DNA of 64,000 nucleotides, from assembly GCA_041484665.1 (NCBI GenBank), contig JBGPIA010000011.1, positions 82,091 to 146,090 of the forward strand, in the 5' to 3' direction. Positions 9,548 to 24,622 of the stretch are shown piece after piece. A model generated the notes under the pieces. The model was not told the origin of the DNA, did no database searches, and saw only the letters and a program-made list of their open reading frames with translations. Numbering within the stretch: the first letter of the stretch is position 1; each line of letters opens with the position of its first letter. The DNA is from Candidatus Krumholzibacteriia bacterium. Its GTDB lineage: Bacteria > Krumholzibacteriota > Krumholzibacteriia > JAJRXK01. A program made the translations under genes and the position numbers.

Positions 9548-10720
9548 TCAGAACGCGGCCGTGGCTCCCGCCGTGGCGTCGAGGCGGATTCCGGAGAATC
9601 CCACGAGCTTGCGCCGCTGCTCGTCCCACAGCGCCAGCGGGATGGTCCGCAGCGCGCCGCGCAGGCTCAGCACGGCTCCGGGCCGCAGCTGTGGGTTCTC
9701 GCGATGGCAGCGTGGGAGGTTGTAGTTGGCGATCCGGGAGTCGAGGTGGTGGATGTGATGGAACCCGATGTTCCCTGTGAACCACCGCAGGATCGGGGGC
9801 AGATCGTAGTAGGCGCTGCCCTCCAGCGCGGCCACTGTCGGATTCCATTCCTCGCCGCGTGCCCAATAGACGTTCTCGAACTGGTGCTGGATGTAGAAGA
9901 GCCACGTGCCCAGGCTCGCCGCCAGGATCGTGATCGGCGCCTGGATCATCAGGAAATGACGCAGCCCGATCAGGAGCGCCATCGCCGCGCCCGTGGCGAG
10001 GATCGCGGCGTCGGTCCAATAGACCGACGCGCGCTCGCGTTTCCAGGTGCTGGAGTACGCCTGCGGAAAGCGGTACAGCACCACGAACAGGAGCGTCGGT
10101 CCCAGGAAGAACATCACGGCGGGGTGGCGGTAGAGCCGGTAGCGGAGGCGTCCCCAGCGGCCGAGCTGGAGATACTCGGCCACCGTGAGGGTCCAGATGT
10201 CGCCGATGCCACGCTGCGCGAGATTCCCAGCCGAGGCGTGGTGGACGGCGTGGGAACGCCGCCAATAGAGGTAGGGCGTGAGCGCGAGCACTCCGCACAA
10301 GAAGCCCAGCGCGTCGTTGGCCCGGCGTGATCGGAAGAACGATCCGTGCCCGCAGTCATGCTGGATGATGAACACGCGCACGAGCATTCCCGCCGCCACC
10401 GGCGCGAGCAGCAGCGTCAGCCAGTAGCCGACGTGCAGGCTGAGCACCATCAGGCACCAGACGGCCGCCAGCGGGAGGAAGGACGTGCAGATCTGCCAGA
10501 TGCTCTTGCGCAGATCGGGGGTCCGATAGCTGGCGAGCGGCACGGAGGCGGACGCGGCCCTGGGCACGCGCTGGCGATGGGCGATGGTCAGGATGTCGAG
10601 GCTCCCGGCAGAAATGGATCGCCCGGCGCTGGTCCCCCCGGGAGCCACCCTCGCGCAGGGGAGCGGGAGGGCCGGAAAGCCGGGGAGCAGCGGCAAGCAG
10701 CAGGCTCTGAGCGCGGGCAA
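9548..10720 (-). CDS. Membrane fatty acid desaturase (Bacillus Des-like); true start uncertain
   Basis: His boxes HDCGH, HAVHH, HHIHH; WLFYIQHQFE. Confidence 0.92.
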   Translation of the reverse strand: MPALRACCLPLLPGFPALPLPCARVAPGGTSAGRSISAGSLDILTIAHRQRVPRAASASVPLASYRTPDLRKSIWQICTSFLPLAAVWCLMVLSLHVGYWLTLLLAPVAAGMLVRVFIIQHDCGHGSFFRSRRANDALGFLCGVLALTPYLYWRRSHAVHHASAGNLAQRGIGDIWTLTVAEYLQLGRWGRLRYRLYRHPAVMFFLGPTLLFVVLYRFPQAYSSTWKRERASVYWTDAAILATGAAMALLIGLRHFLMIQAPITILAASLGTWLFYIQHQFENVYWARGEEWNPTVAALEGSAYYDLPPILRWFTGNIGFHHIHHLDSRIANYNLPRCHRENPQLRPGAVLSLRGALRTIPLALWDEQRRKLVGFSGIRLDATAGATAAF

Positions 10721-10903
10721 GATAACCTAGAATGACAGAAACTGCACGAAATTGGACCCCCGCCCGCGCCGGCCGAAGCGGCGTGCTGCGGACGGTCGCG
10801 CCTGCCCGTGGGGCCGCGCGCTCGAGCGGGCCAGTCTCGCCGGCCTGTTGGGCCGGGCCATCCCCTCGATCGCACGGTTCGTGTGTGGCTGGGCATTCCC
10901 CGC

Positions 10904-11120
10904 TCAATGCACAGGGCGTACCACCCGGCAGGGGTTCCCCACGGCCAGCACGCCCGCTGGGATGTCCTGCACGACCACGCTGACTGCACCGATCGTCGTG
11001 CCCGAGCCGATCGTAATGCCGGGTCAGACGATAACCCCACCGCCGATCCAGACGTCGTCTCCGATCGTCACCGGCGAGACCGGCTCGCGGCCGCTGGCAC
11101 GCTCGCGCGGCGAAGCGGAC
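10904..11120 (-). pseudogene. Remnant of a sugar O-acetyltransferase (Maa/LacA family) C-terminus
   Basis: Hand translation: [62 protein letters not shown]; internal TGA at 11024-11026; N-terminal part absent. Confidence 0.85.
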
Positions 11121-11230
11121 CGTGGTTCCCCCACCGACGATCAGCGCGAGCGCGCCGCGCCGCACGCGGCTCAAGCGGGCCGCCCCGCGCATTGACCCTC
11201 CGCTGTGGATGCGGCAAGCTCGGGTGCGTC

Positions 11231-12460
11231 ATGGAGTTCGACATCTTCTTCTCGATCAGCCAGACGCCCGTCAGGGGATTCACGCCCGACGAAGCCACCA
11301 TGTTCCGCAATTTTTTCGCGCAGGTCGAGGCTGCGGACGCTCTGGGTTTCGGCGTGGCCTGGATTGCGGAGTCGCATTACTCCAGCGAGGTGCAGAAGCT
11401 GCACCGCAAACCGGTGATCCCCCATTGGCAGGGGGAGGTCGGCCTGAATGTGGATTTCCTGCAGCTTTCCCACCATATCTTCCAGCGCACGCGGCGCATC
11501 GAGACCGGCTCGGCGGTGATGAACATCGTGTGCAACGGCGGCCCGCTGGCCGCGGCCGAGCGCGTAGCGGCATTCCTCGCGCTGCACGGGCTGAATCCGC
11601 AGGAGCACCGGCGTATCCACGTCGGGTTCTCGGCCGGGCGCTTCGACTTCATGAACCGTGTCACCGGCGTCGACGCGCGTGACCGGATCGAGGAGGCCGC
11701 CTGGCCGGTGGTGAAGGGCAGGATCTTCGCCGAGGCGGCTGAGATCTTCGTCCGGCTGCTGCGTGGTGAGACGCTGTCCAGCGACGACGTGCGCGCTCCG
11801 GTGCTGGCGCGCGCCGAGTTCCGCACCGACCCCGACTGGCAGCGCCTGCGCGAGCTGGCGGGCGCGGCCGCGCGCGACAGCATCCCCATGGCGCGGCGCT
11901 GGGTATTCGAGCCCGTGAAGATCGTCCCGCAGCAATGGCGGCGCGATCTGCTGCAGCTGGTCGCTGGCTCGCACGATCCGCAGGTGCAGGAGGACCTCAA
12001 CCAGTTCCTCCCCGTACAGGTCTTCAATCTGTCGATCACCCCTGCGGAGGTGATCGAGGATACACACCGGCGCATGTCCAGGGCCTATCATCTTTCGGGC
12101 GGACCGTGGCGGCGCAGCTACATGCCGCGCACGGTGTTCGTGTTCGTGAACGAGGAAGCGGGGCTGACGCCGCAGGGCCGTCGTGAGGCGGCGCGCGACG
12201 AGGCGCGCGCGGCGCTGGGCGCGTACTGGACGGCGCTGGAGGGGACGCTCGATCCCAAGAAGGTCGAGGGCGCGGCCGACAACGCCCTGATCGGCAACGC
12301 GCAGGACCTCGTCGAGCAGATCGTGGCCCGCTTCCACGCCGAGGATCGTCTCATGCTGTGGTTCGATTTCTTCAACCACGACAACGCGCGCGTGATCCGC
12401 AACATGCAGGTCTTCATGGAGCAGGTGGCCCCCCGCGTCCGGGGCGCGGTGCGGGCGTAG
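11231..12460 (+). CDS. LLM-class (luciferase-like) flavin-dependent oxidoreductase
   Basis: MEFDIFFS, ADALGFGVAWIAESH, TRRIETGSAV, C-terminal FMEQVAP. Confidence 0.9.
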   Translation: MEFDIFFSISQTPVRGFTPDEATMFRNFFAQVEAADALGFGVAWIAESHYSSEVQKLHRKPVIPHWQGEVGLNVDFLQLSHHIFQRTRRIETGSAVMNIVCNGGPLAAAERVAAFLALHGLNPQEHRRIHVGFSAGRFDFMNRVTGVDARDRIEEAAWPVVKGRIFAEAAEIFVRLLRGETLSSDDVRAPVLARAEFRTDPDWQRLRELAGAAARDSIPMARRWVFEPVKIVPQQWRRDLLQLVAGSHDPQVQEDLNQFLPVQVFNLSITPAEVIEDTHRRMSRAYHLSGGPWRRSYMPRTVFVFVNEEAGLTPQGRREAARDEARAALGAYWTALEGTLDPKKVEGAADNALIGNAQDLVEQIVARFHAEDRLMLWFDFFNHDNARVIRNMQVFMEQVAPRVRGAVRA

Positions 12461-12951
12461 GCGACCCGCGCTTCTGGCGCATCGAGTCGCCGACGCCACG
12501 CGACCATATCCATCACTTCAGGCTGACCGATGCCATGCAACTCGATGCGTGGCTGGCGAAGCTCGTGCGGGAGGCCAACGCTGGGGTTGCAACAGGGTCC
12601 TCAGGGAGACGAACTGCGCTCCCCAACACAGAAAGCGCCGGCGGCTCGGCGCGGCCGCCCCAGGCGGTCGTGATCGACCTCGAGCGTATCCCGTCGGCTG
12701 GCCGTGACGTGGCGCTGTGGTTGCGTTATCAGCGGGGCACGCGCTCGGTGCCGATCGTGTTCGTGGACGGCGAGCCCGAAAAGCTGGCGCGGTCGCAGGC
12801 CGACCTGCACCGGCGCTTCGCCGGGGCCGCGCGCTCGCTGGTGGAGGGCGGGGCGCTCTGGATCCCGTGGCGCAAGCAGGCCTCAGGCGCCGGCGCCGAT
12901 CTCACCCAGGCCGCCGTCCGTGCCTTCGGACTGGCGGCCGGACGCGACTGA
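12461..12951 (+). pseudogene. Degraded mosaic of coding fragments (DUF5655-like C-terminus, receiver-like fragment, DUF3052-like fragment)
   Basis: RIESPTPRDHIHHFRL; AVVIDLERIPSAGRDVALWLR..TRSVPIVFVDG; WIPWRKQASG..DLTQAAVRAFGLAAG then an early stop; no good start. Confidence 0.5.
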
Positions 12952-13040
12952 GACCCCCGCCGGCCGCGCAGCGCCCGCTTGTCGCGCTCCCGCGACGGCC
13001 AGGGCGAGCTGGCACAAGCGACCGAGGAGGAACAGCGTCC

Positions 13041-13475
13041 GTGACCGAGCCTGTGGTCTGGACCTTCTTCTATGGGTCCTACATGAACCTGGACGTCCTG
13101 CGGGACACCGGCCTGGTTCCGCAGGAGTGGGAGGTGGCGCAGCTGGGCGGGTTCGACCTGCGCATCGCGCCCCGCGCCAACCTGGTCGCCTCCAACGTGG
13201 GGTGGGTCTTCGGAATCGTTGCCACCGCCACCCACCCCGAGCTGGAGCGCCTCTATGCCCACGCCCGCGACGTCCTGCGCGAGATCTACGTGCCGCATCC
13301 TGTTCTCGTGACCGCCCGTAGTGGGAGGTGGCGGCCGGCTCTGTGCTACATCGCGCCGGCCATGGAGCCCCGGCCTGCCGAGCGCGACTACGTGGAGCGC
13401 ATCCTCCGGCCGGCGCGGGAGCTCGGCTTCCCATGGTGGTATGTGCGGCAGATCGAGGGCTTCATCCCACAGTAG
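13041..13475 (+). CDS. Gamma-glutamylcyclotransferase-fold protein
   Basis: FFYGSYMN motif; RBS gaggagg before GTG 13041. Confidence 0.85.
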   Translation: MTEPVVWTFFYGSYMNLDVLRDTGLVPQEWEVAQLGGFDLRIAPRANLVASNVGWVFGIVATATHPELERLYAHARDVLREIYVPHPVLVTARSGRWRPALCYIAPAMEPRPAERDYVERILRPARELGFPWWYVRQIEGFIPQ

Positions 13476-13579
13476 TCGCGCGGAGGCGGCCTGGGGAGGC
13501 GAGTCGTCGCTGGAAACGGCCGTCCCGGCTGCCTGCACGACTGCCCCGTCCCGAACCGTCCGCGCGAGGAGCGACGACC

Positions 13580-14089
13580 ATGGACCATCAGGAGCAGATC
13601 CAGGCCCTGCAGCGCGGTGGCCAGTCCATTCTCGCGCTGCTCGATGGGCACCCCATCGAGCAGGTGCGCTGGAAGCCAGCGCCACAGAAGTGGTCGTTGC
13701 TGGAGATCCTCAATCATTTGTGCGACGAGGAGCGCGACGACTTCCGCAAGCGGATCGCGCTCGTGCTCGAGGATCCCGCGCAGCCGTGGCCGCCCATCGA
13801 TCCGGAAGGCTGGGCCCGCGACCGCGACTACAACAGCCGCGACCTGCAAGCGTCGCTCGCGGGCTTCCGCCGGGAGCGCGCGGCGTCGCTGCAGTGGCTC
13901 GTGGGGCTGCCGTCGCCGGACTGGACGGCAGAGCACAAGCACCCGAAGCTGGGCGGCCTGCGCGCCGGCGATCTGCTCGCCGCGTGGGTTGCCCACGACC
14001 TGCTGCACATCCGCCAGATCGCCAACACGCGCTTGGCCTGGGTTGCGATGTTCGCCGAGCCGTACTCGACGCGCTACGCGCTCCCGTGA
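13580..14089 (+). CDS. DinB family protein
   Basis: WSLLEILNHLCDEE, AHDLLHIRQI; RBS gaggag. Confidence 0.9.
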   Translation: MDHQEQIQALQRGGQSILALLDGHPIEQVRWKPAPQKWSLLEILNHLCDEERDDFRKRIALVLEDPAQPWPPIDPEGWARDRDYNSRDLQASLAGFRRERAASLQWLVGLPSPDWTAEHKHPKLGGLRAGDLLAAWVAHDLLHIRQIANTRLAWVAMFAEPYSTRYALP

Positions 14090-14164
14090 GATCGGACGCG
14101 GGGCGCGTGCGGCCCATGGCCCGCGAGTGCCGTGGGCGCACACCACGAGCGAAAGGTCCTGACC

Positions 14165-14674
14165 ATGCTGGCACCCATCCTGGCTGGAATCCTGACCCGC
14201 GATCTGCGAGCACTGCGCCGTGAGGTCGAGGCCTATTCGGACGAAACGGACGTCTGGCGCGTGGCGCCGGGCCTCAGCAACTCTACCGGGACGCTGGTGC
14301 TGCACCTGGCCGGCAACCTCCAGCATTTCGTTGGTGGGCAACTGGGCGGCACGGGCTACGTGCGCGACCGCAACGCGGAGTTCAGCCTCCGCGATCTTCC
14401 GCGGCACGAGCTCCTGGCGCGGATCGACGCGGCGGTTGGCGCCGTGGAGCGCGGGCTCGCCTCCATCTCCGACGCGCAGCTCGCTGCGCCATTCCCGCAG
14501 GCTGTGGGCGGTGTGACGATCACGACCGCCGACTTCCTCGTCCATCTGGCCGCGCACCTGGGCTACCACCTGGGCCAGGTGGACTACCATCGGCGGATCC
14601 TGACTGGCAACGCGTCCAGCGTCGGCGCGTTGTCGGTCGCCGAGCTGCGCACTGCGAAGAAGCTCCAGCCCTGA
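14165..14674 (+). CDS. DinB/DUF1572 family protein
   Basis: NSTGTLVLHLAGNL, YVRDRNAEF, HLGYHLGQV. Confidence 0.9.
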   Translation: MLAPILAGILTRDLRALRREVEAYSDETDVWRVAPGLSNSTGTLVLHLAGNLQHFVGGQLGGTGYVRDRNAEFSLRDLPRHELLARIDAAVGAVERGLASISDAQLAAPFPQAVGGVTITTADFLVHLAAHLGYHLGQVDYHRRILTGNASSVGALSVAELRTAKKLQP

Positions 14675-14854
14675 CCGGCCCGGGCGTGCAAGGAGCCCCA
14701 CTGTGACAGCGCAACGGCCCAGTGCGGTCGTGCTGGCCGCGATCCTCATGCTGGCCCAGACCGAAGGCGCCGCACGGCCTGCCAATGCCCGCCGGCTAGC
14801 TCGCAGGCGGCGCTGGCGGGCATCGGACCCCCCTGATACGCTGCTTGCGGCCGC

Positions 14855-16129
14855 ATGATGCAGCGTCCATCCGCTCGCGCAGTCCGGAGAGCCTCCCGCA
14901 TGACAGCTCGCAAGAACTCCGCGCGACCTCCACGTCCCGCGTCCCCCGCGCGGCTGCGCCCCCCCGCACCCGCCGCGCTTGCGCCTCGCACCGCGACGCC
15001 GCCCCGCGGACCGTCCCGCCCCGGCTCGGACGTCTACCCACGCAGCCCTCTGGGCGAGACCATCGCGGGCCTGCCCACCGGTCGGGATGTCGAGTGGGAG
15101 CCGCTGCTGGACTACCGCCGCAACGGTGTCAGCGAGACGACCATCCACGGCGCTGTGGCCTGGGCGAGCGGCCGGCGGATCGTCCACTCCTTCGGCGGCA
15201 ATGTGCTCTGCTACGGGCGCAGCATGATGAAGCCGCTGATGATCAAGGTGTTCGCCGCGGACCTCGATCCGCTCCTCGCGTGGCCGCAGAAGGCGATCGC
15301 GGTCGCCAGCCACAACGGCAGCGCCGAGCACGTGGCCGCCGCACAGGAGATCCTCCCGTCCCAGGAGTGGGGGCTGATGCAGACGCCCCTCGATGTCCCG
15401 CTCGTGCAGTTCGGCCGGCAGATCCGCCGCCCGCGCCGCTGGTACAACAACAGCTCCGGCCTGCACGCGGCGGTGCTCCTGGGCTGCCGGCTCAAGGGGT
15501 GGAACCGGGCGGGCTACACGCTGCAGCAGCATCCATTTTTCGCCGAGTACCTGGAGCAGGTGCGCCGCTTCCTGGGGCCCGACTGGCGTCCGCTGCGCAT
15601 CGCGCGCGACGGCGACGGATTCCCCACGCTCTCCAACACCGTGAGCGAGCTGGCGATCACGTACGCCGGACTGGCCGCCACACGCGACGAGGACTGGATC
15701 TGGGAATCGATGGTGCGCCATCCCGATCTGGTCGGCGGCTTCAACCGACTGGACTCGACGATCCTCAAGGCGTGCGCCGGCAACGTGATTGCGAAGGAGG
15801 GCGCCGACGGGTTGCTGGGGATGGCGATCGTCCACCCGGACTATCCGGACGGTTTGGGGATCGTGATCAAGATCGCCCACGGCTGGAATCCGCGCGCGAG
15901 CTGGTACGTCGCGCGCGCGTGCCTTGGCGTGCTGGGTTTCGAGCTGCGCAACCCATACCCGCTCTACAAGCAGAAGGCCTTTCTGGTGCCGGGCGTCGTG
16001 CCGCCCGAGCGTCTGGCCCTGCTGGAGTCCATCCTGACCTGGGACGAGTGGGATCCGGACCGCGACCGGTGGTACTACGACTGGGACGCGTACGCCGACG
16101 GCGAAGTCGGCACGCCCACGGACCGCTAG
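14855..16129 (+). CDS. Asparaginase II (Rhizobium AnsA-like) family protein with altered metal site; start uncertain
   Basis: GRSMMKP, ASHNG..EH, NNSSGLH, RDGDGFP, AKEGADG. Confidence 0.8.
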   Translation: MMQRPSARAVRRASRMTARKNSARPPRPASPARLRPPAPAALAPRTATPPRGPSRPGSDVYPRSPLGETIAGLPTGRDVEWEPLLDYRRNGVSETTIHGAVAWASGRRIVHSFGGNVLCYGRSMMKPLMIKVFAADLDPLLAWPQKAIAVASHNGSAEHVAAAQEILPSQEWGLMQTPLDVPLVQFGRQIRRPRRWYNNSSGLHAAVLLGCRLKGWNRAGYTLQQHPFFAEYLEQVRRFLGPDWRPLRIARDGDGFPTLSNTVSELAITYAGLAATRDEDWIWESMVRHPDLVGGFNRLDSTILKACAGNVIAKEGADGLLGMAIVHPDYPDGLGIVIKIAHGWNPRASWYVARACLGVLGFELRNPYPLYKQKAFLVPGVVPPERLALLESILTWDEWDPDRDRWYYDWDAYADGEVGTPTDR

Positions 16130-16295
16130 GGCGGATTCGGGGGCGAGCCCGGCCGCGGCCCAGGCGGGTCCTTGGGCCAGACGCTGTAGCTTGGGCCCAG
16201 GCCGGCACCGTCACCCACGACACCGTGCCGGTTCTTCGGCGCCGCCGTGGGTCCCTGCCCTGGTACTACGTCCCGGCCCCTGCTACCCTCGCGCT

Positions 16296-20406
<4,111 letters not shown>

Positions 20407-20556
20407 GGGAGCGATGGAGGGCGCGAAGGCGAGGAAAGCCGCGGTACCGCTGGGTCTGGCGAGCGGGAATACGTCCCGTACAGACCACTGGCGCGCCGAC
20501 GTCAGCACAATGTATGTCCGGCTTCGCCGGGAACACCGGCCTCCGGGCGCTTCGAG

Positions 20557-21909
20557 ATGACCATGCGCGGGCACGGCCCCACCACTAGCCAGCTGATCGC
20601 TCTGCTGGAGGCCAGCAAGCTGCTCAACAGCACGCTGGACCTCACCACGCTGCTCAATCGCATCCTGCAGTGCGCGCGGGACCTGAGCGGCGCCGACCGC
20701 GCCACGCTCTACCTGGTCGACCACGAGACGAGCGAGCTATGGACTATGACCATGGCGGGCGACAAGATCCAGTCGTTCCGCCTGCCGATGGGCAAGGGGA
20801 TCGCGGGTCGCGCCGCGCAGACTGGCCGGGTGGGCAATATCGCCGACGCCTATCGCTCCCCGCATTTCAACCGCGACCTGGACGCCAAGACCGGGTACCG
20901 CACGCGCTCGATGCTGACCGTGCCGTTCCGCGGGCGCGACCGCCGCGTGCTCGGCGTGATCCAGACCATCAACCACCTGGAGCGCGGCCACTTCGGCCCG
21001 GCGGAGCGCTGGTCGATCGAACGTCTGGGGGACTACGCCGCGCTGGCCATCGAGAACGCGATGTTCGTCAAGGCGCTGCAGGACAAGAAGCGCATGGAGG
21101 AGGACCTGCTGGCGGCGCGCCACATCCAGGGCAGCCTCCTGCCCAAGAGCCTGCCCCGCGTCGCGGGCGTTGACCTGGCCGCCCGCTACACGCCGTGCCT
21201 GGAGGTGGGGGGCGACTGCTTCGATGCCCTGGCGCTGCCCGGCGGCCGCCTGGGCTTCTCCCTGGGCGACATCTCCGGCAAGGGGATCACGGCCGCGCTC
21301 ATGATGGCTAACCTGCAAGCGCTCTTCCGCGTGGAAGCGCGCCGCGACGGCGAGCCGCACGCGGTGCTCTCGACGATGAACCGCCTGTTCCACGAGAGCA
21401 CGCAGGTCGAGCACTTCGCGACCTTCTTCTACGGCATCCTCGATCCGGTCACCGGCTTGCTGCGCTTCTGCTCCGCGGGCCACGAGTCGCCGGTGCTCCT
21501 GCGCGGCGACGGCAGCATCCTGGAGGTGGATCGTGGCGGCGTGCCGCTGGGCATCCTGCCGGACTTTCCGTTCGTGACGCAGGAAGCCGCGCTGCGCCAA
21601 GGCGACCTCTGCCTCATCTACAGCGACGGCATCACCGAGCAGAACGATCCCAAACGCCGGGAGTTCGGTCGCGCGCGGCTGATCTCCATCGTGCGGCAGT
21701 CGCGCCACTTGCCCGCCGAGGCGCTCGCCCAGGCCGTGGAGGTGGCCGTGCGCGAGTTCGCCCGCGGCCAGAAGCAGTGGGACGACCTCACGCTGGTGGT
21801 CTTGCGATTGGCGGTGGGCACGCCAGCGGTGGTGGCGGACGGCGCAGCGCCCGCGGTCACGAGCGGGGAGCGGCCAGGCGCTCCGGCGGAAAGCGCCGGG
21901 GACCATTGA
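20557..21909 (+). CDS. GAF + SpoIIE/PP2C phosphatase (RsbU-like)
   Basis: GAF (ADRATLYLVD, TGYRTRSML); VGGD, GDISGKG, SAGH, YSDGITE, DDLT. Confidence 0.93.
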   Translation: MTMRGHGPTTSQLIALLEASKLLNSTLDLTTLLNRILQCARDLSGADRATLYLVDHETSELWTMTMAGDKIQSFRLPMGKGIAGRAAQTGRVGNIADAYRSPHFNRDLDAKTGYRTRSMLTVPFRGRDRRVLGVIQTINHLERGHFGPAERWSIERLGDYAALAIENAMFVKALQDKKRMEEDLLAARHIQGSLLPKSLPRVAGVDLAARYTPCLEVGGDCFDALALPGGRLGFSLGDISGKGITAALMMANLQALFRVEARRDGEPHAVLSTMNRLFHESTQVEHFATFFYGILDPVTGLLRFCSAGHESPVLLRGDGSILEVDRGGVPLGILPDFPFVTQEAALRQGDLCLIYSDGITEQNDPKRREFGRARLISIVRQSRHLPAEALAQAVEVAVREFARGQKQWDDLTLVVLRLAVGTPAVVADGAAPAVTSGERPGAPAESAGDH

Positions 21910-22046
21910 CAACGCCCCGCGTTGTTCTACCCTGTAGTCCTCCGTATCCCCCAGGCCTCGCCCCGTCCGGACAGAGACCGGCGTCCCCCCGGTGAGGCCT
22001 CGCCCCCTGACAGATTTCCGCTCGGAAACACAAGGAGTTGACGCGT

Positions 22047-22613
22047 ATGAAGAAGTCGTTCCGCACCGTTCTGGCGCTCGCGCTGGCTGTGGCTGTTGTG
22101 ACCGGCCTGTCCGCCCTCGTCTTGGCCGGCGATCCGGCCGCCAAGCCCGCCGCCAAGCCCGCCACGAGCTCGTCGGCGGTCAAGCCTGCCATGAGCGGGG
22201 CGCCCGACATGGCCATGATGAAGGCCGAGATGATGAAGTGCGCGGTCTGCAAGAACATGGCCGCCAAGATGGACCAGTTCGGCACGCTCAAGGCCGAGGT
22301 CGTCCACCTGGGCAACGGCATGGCGATGATCCACATGGTCGCCGATCCCAGCAAGGTCGAGGCCTACCATGTCGCGAGCGCAGCCACGGCCGAAGCCGGC
22401 AAGGCCTGTATGGCGTTTACGGACGACCAGGCGAAGACCGAGCTGTGTCAGTTCTGTCAAGAGATGCGCACGGCCGCCAAGGCCGGCGCGAGCATCAGCT
22501 CGGGCCTGACCAAGACCGGCGACATCCTGGTCATCACCTCCAGCGATCCCATGGTCCAGAAGCAGATCTCTGCGCTGGAGACCAAGTGCCAGATGATGAC
22601 GGCGTCGATGTAG
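22047..22613 (+). CDS. Exported Met/Cys-rich hypothetical protein
   Basis: RBS aaggag; signal peptide; CAVC and CQFC plus two more Cys; many Met; followed by a terminator. Confidence 0.8.
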   Translation: MKKSFRTVLALALAVAVVTGLSALVLAGDPAAKPAAKPATSSSAVKPAMSGAPDMAMMKAEMMKCAVCKNMAAKMDQFGTLKAEVVHLGNGMAMIHMVADPSKVEAYHVASAATAEAGKACMAFTDDQAKTELCQFCQEMRTAAKAGASISSGLTKTGDILVITSSDPMVQKQISALETKCQMMTASM

Positions 22614-22651
22614 ACCACTGCCTGCGCCCTGCGAAGGCGTCGCAACGCACG

Positions 22652-22684
22652 AAGGGCCCCCGCGGCGCGGGGGCCCTTTTTTTT
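22652..22684 (+). terminator. Rho-independent terminator
   Basis: aagggcccccgcg-g-cgcgggggccctt hairpin followed by a T8 tract, between convergent genes. Confidence 0.92.
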
Positions 22685-22709
22685 CATGCGTCGCGATCGC
22701 GTCCAGCCG

Positions 22710-23192
22710 TCAGCTGCGCGTGTACGTGCCCTCCACGAACGGCACCCACTGCTTGCCGTCCTGCGACTGCTCGAGGCGGAACGTGAAGTGCTTGTCGCCT
22801 TCCTTCATTTTGTAGATATAGCGTGCCCACCCCATGGGATGGCGATGCTCATAGGCCAGGGTGTCCCCCTCCCAAGTGCCGCGCACGGCAGCGGGCGAAG
22901 AGGGGCCCATCGAGTCGAACCAGCACATCGTGTATGCGCGCTCCTTGGGGTCGAAGCCGTGGACTCCGTGCCCACGGTAGGTCACCTTCCCCGCGCGCTC
23001 CTGCTCGTAGTCGGTGACGAGGAAGAATCCGTCCAGGTCGATGCGCGCGTGCCATCGGGCCTTGGCCCTCCCACCCTTGGCGTCCCAGGGGGAAGGAAAG
23101 AGGGTCTCTTCTCCCGTCCAGTCTCCGGCCAGGGTCGCGAGCCTGCGGTGCTCGGGACCGGGCCTGGGCATTTCCATCTTGGGCATCTCCAT
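22710..23192 (-). CDS. DUF1579 family protein
   Basis: PGPEHRRLATLAGDWTGEE, GFDPKERAYTMCWFDSMG; RBS aggagg. Confidence 0.85.
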   Translation of the reverse strand: MEMPKMEMPRPGPEHRRLATLAGDWTGEETLFPSPWDAKGGRAKARWHARIDLDGFFLVTDYEQERAGKVTYRGHGVHGFDPKERAYTMCWFDSMGPSSPAAVRGTWEGDTLAYEHRHPMGWARYIYKMKEGDKHFTFRLEQSQDGKQWVPFVEGTYTRS

Positions 23193-23398
23193 GATCGACC
23201 TCCTGTGGTGGGCGGGAGCCCACGCGGGCGCTTCGGTCGGGGGGGACGCTGATTCTACACGAACGGGGCGCCGTGCGCGCAACACGCTGCCCTGGTGCGC
23301 CGGGAGGAAATCGCCCGGCCGCTGTCCCGGCGGCCGGCACGCCCTTTCCCCTTGACCGCCCCAGGGGCGCACGATGGAATCGACGACGCAGATCCGCC

Positions 23399-24621
<1,223 letters not shown>

Positions 24622-24622
<1 letters not shown>

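Noticed and set aside
11024..11026. In-frame TGA as selenocysteine in the acetyltransferase fragment
   Set aside because: The gene also lacks its N-terminal part, the position is not catalytic, and I saw no convincing SECIS; a nonsense mutation is simpler.
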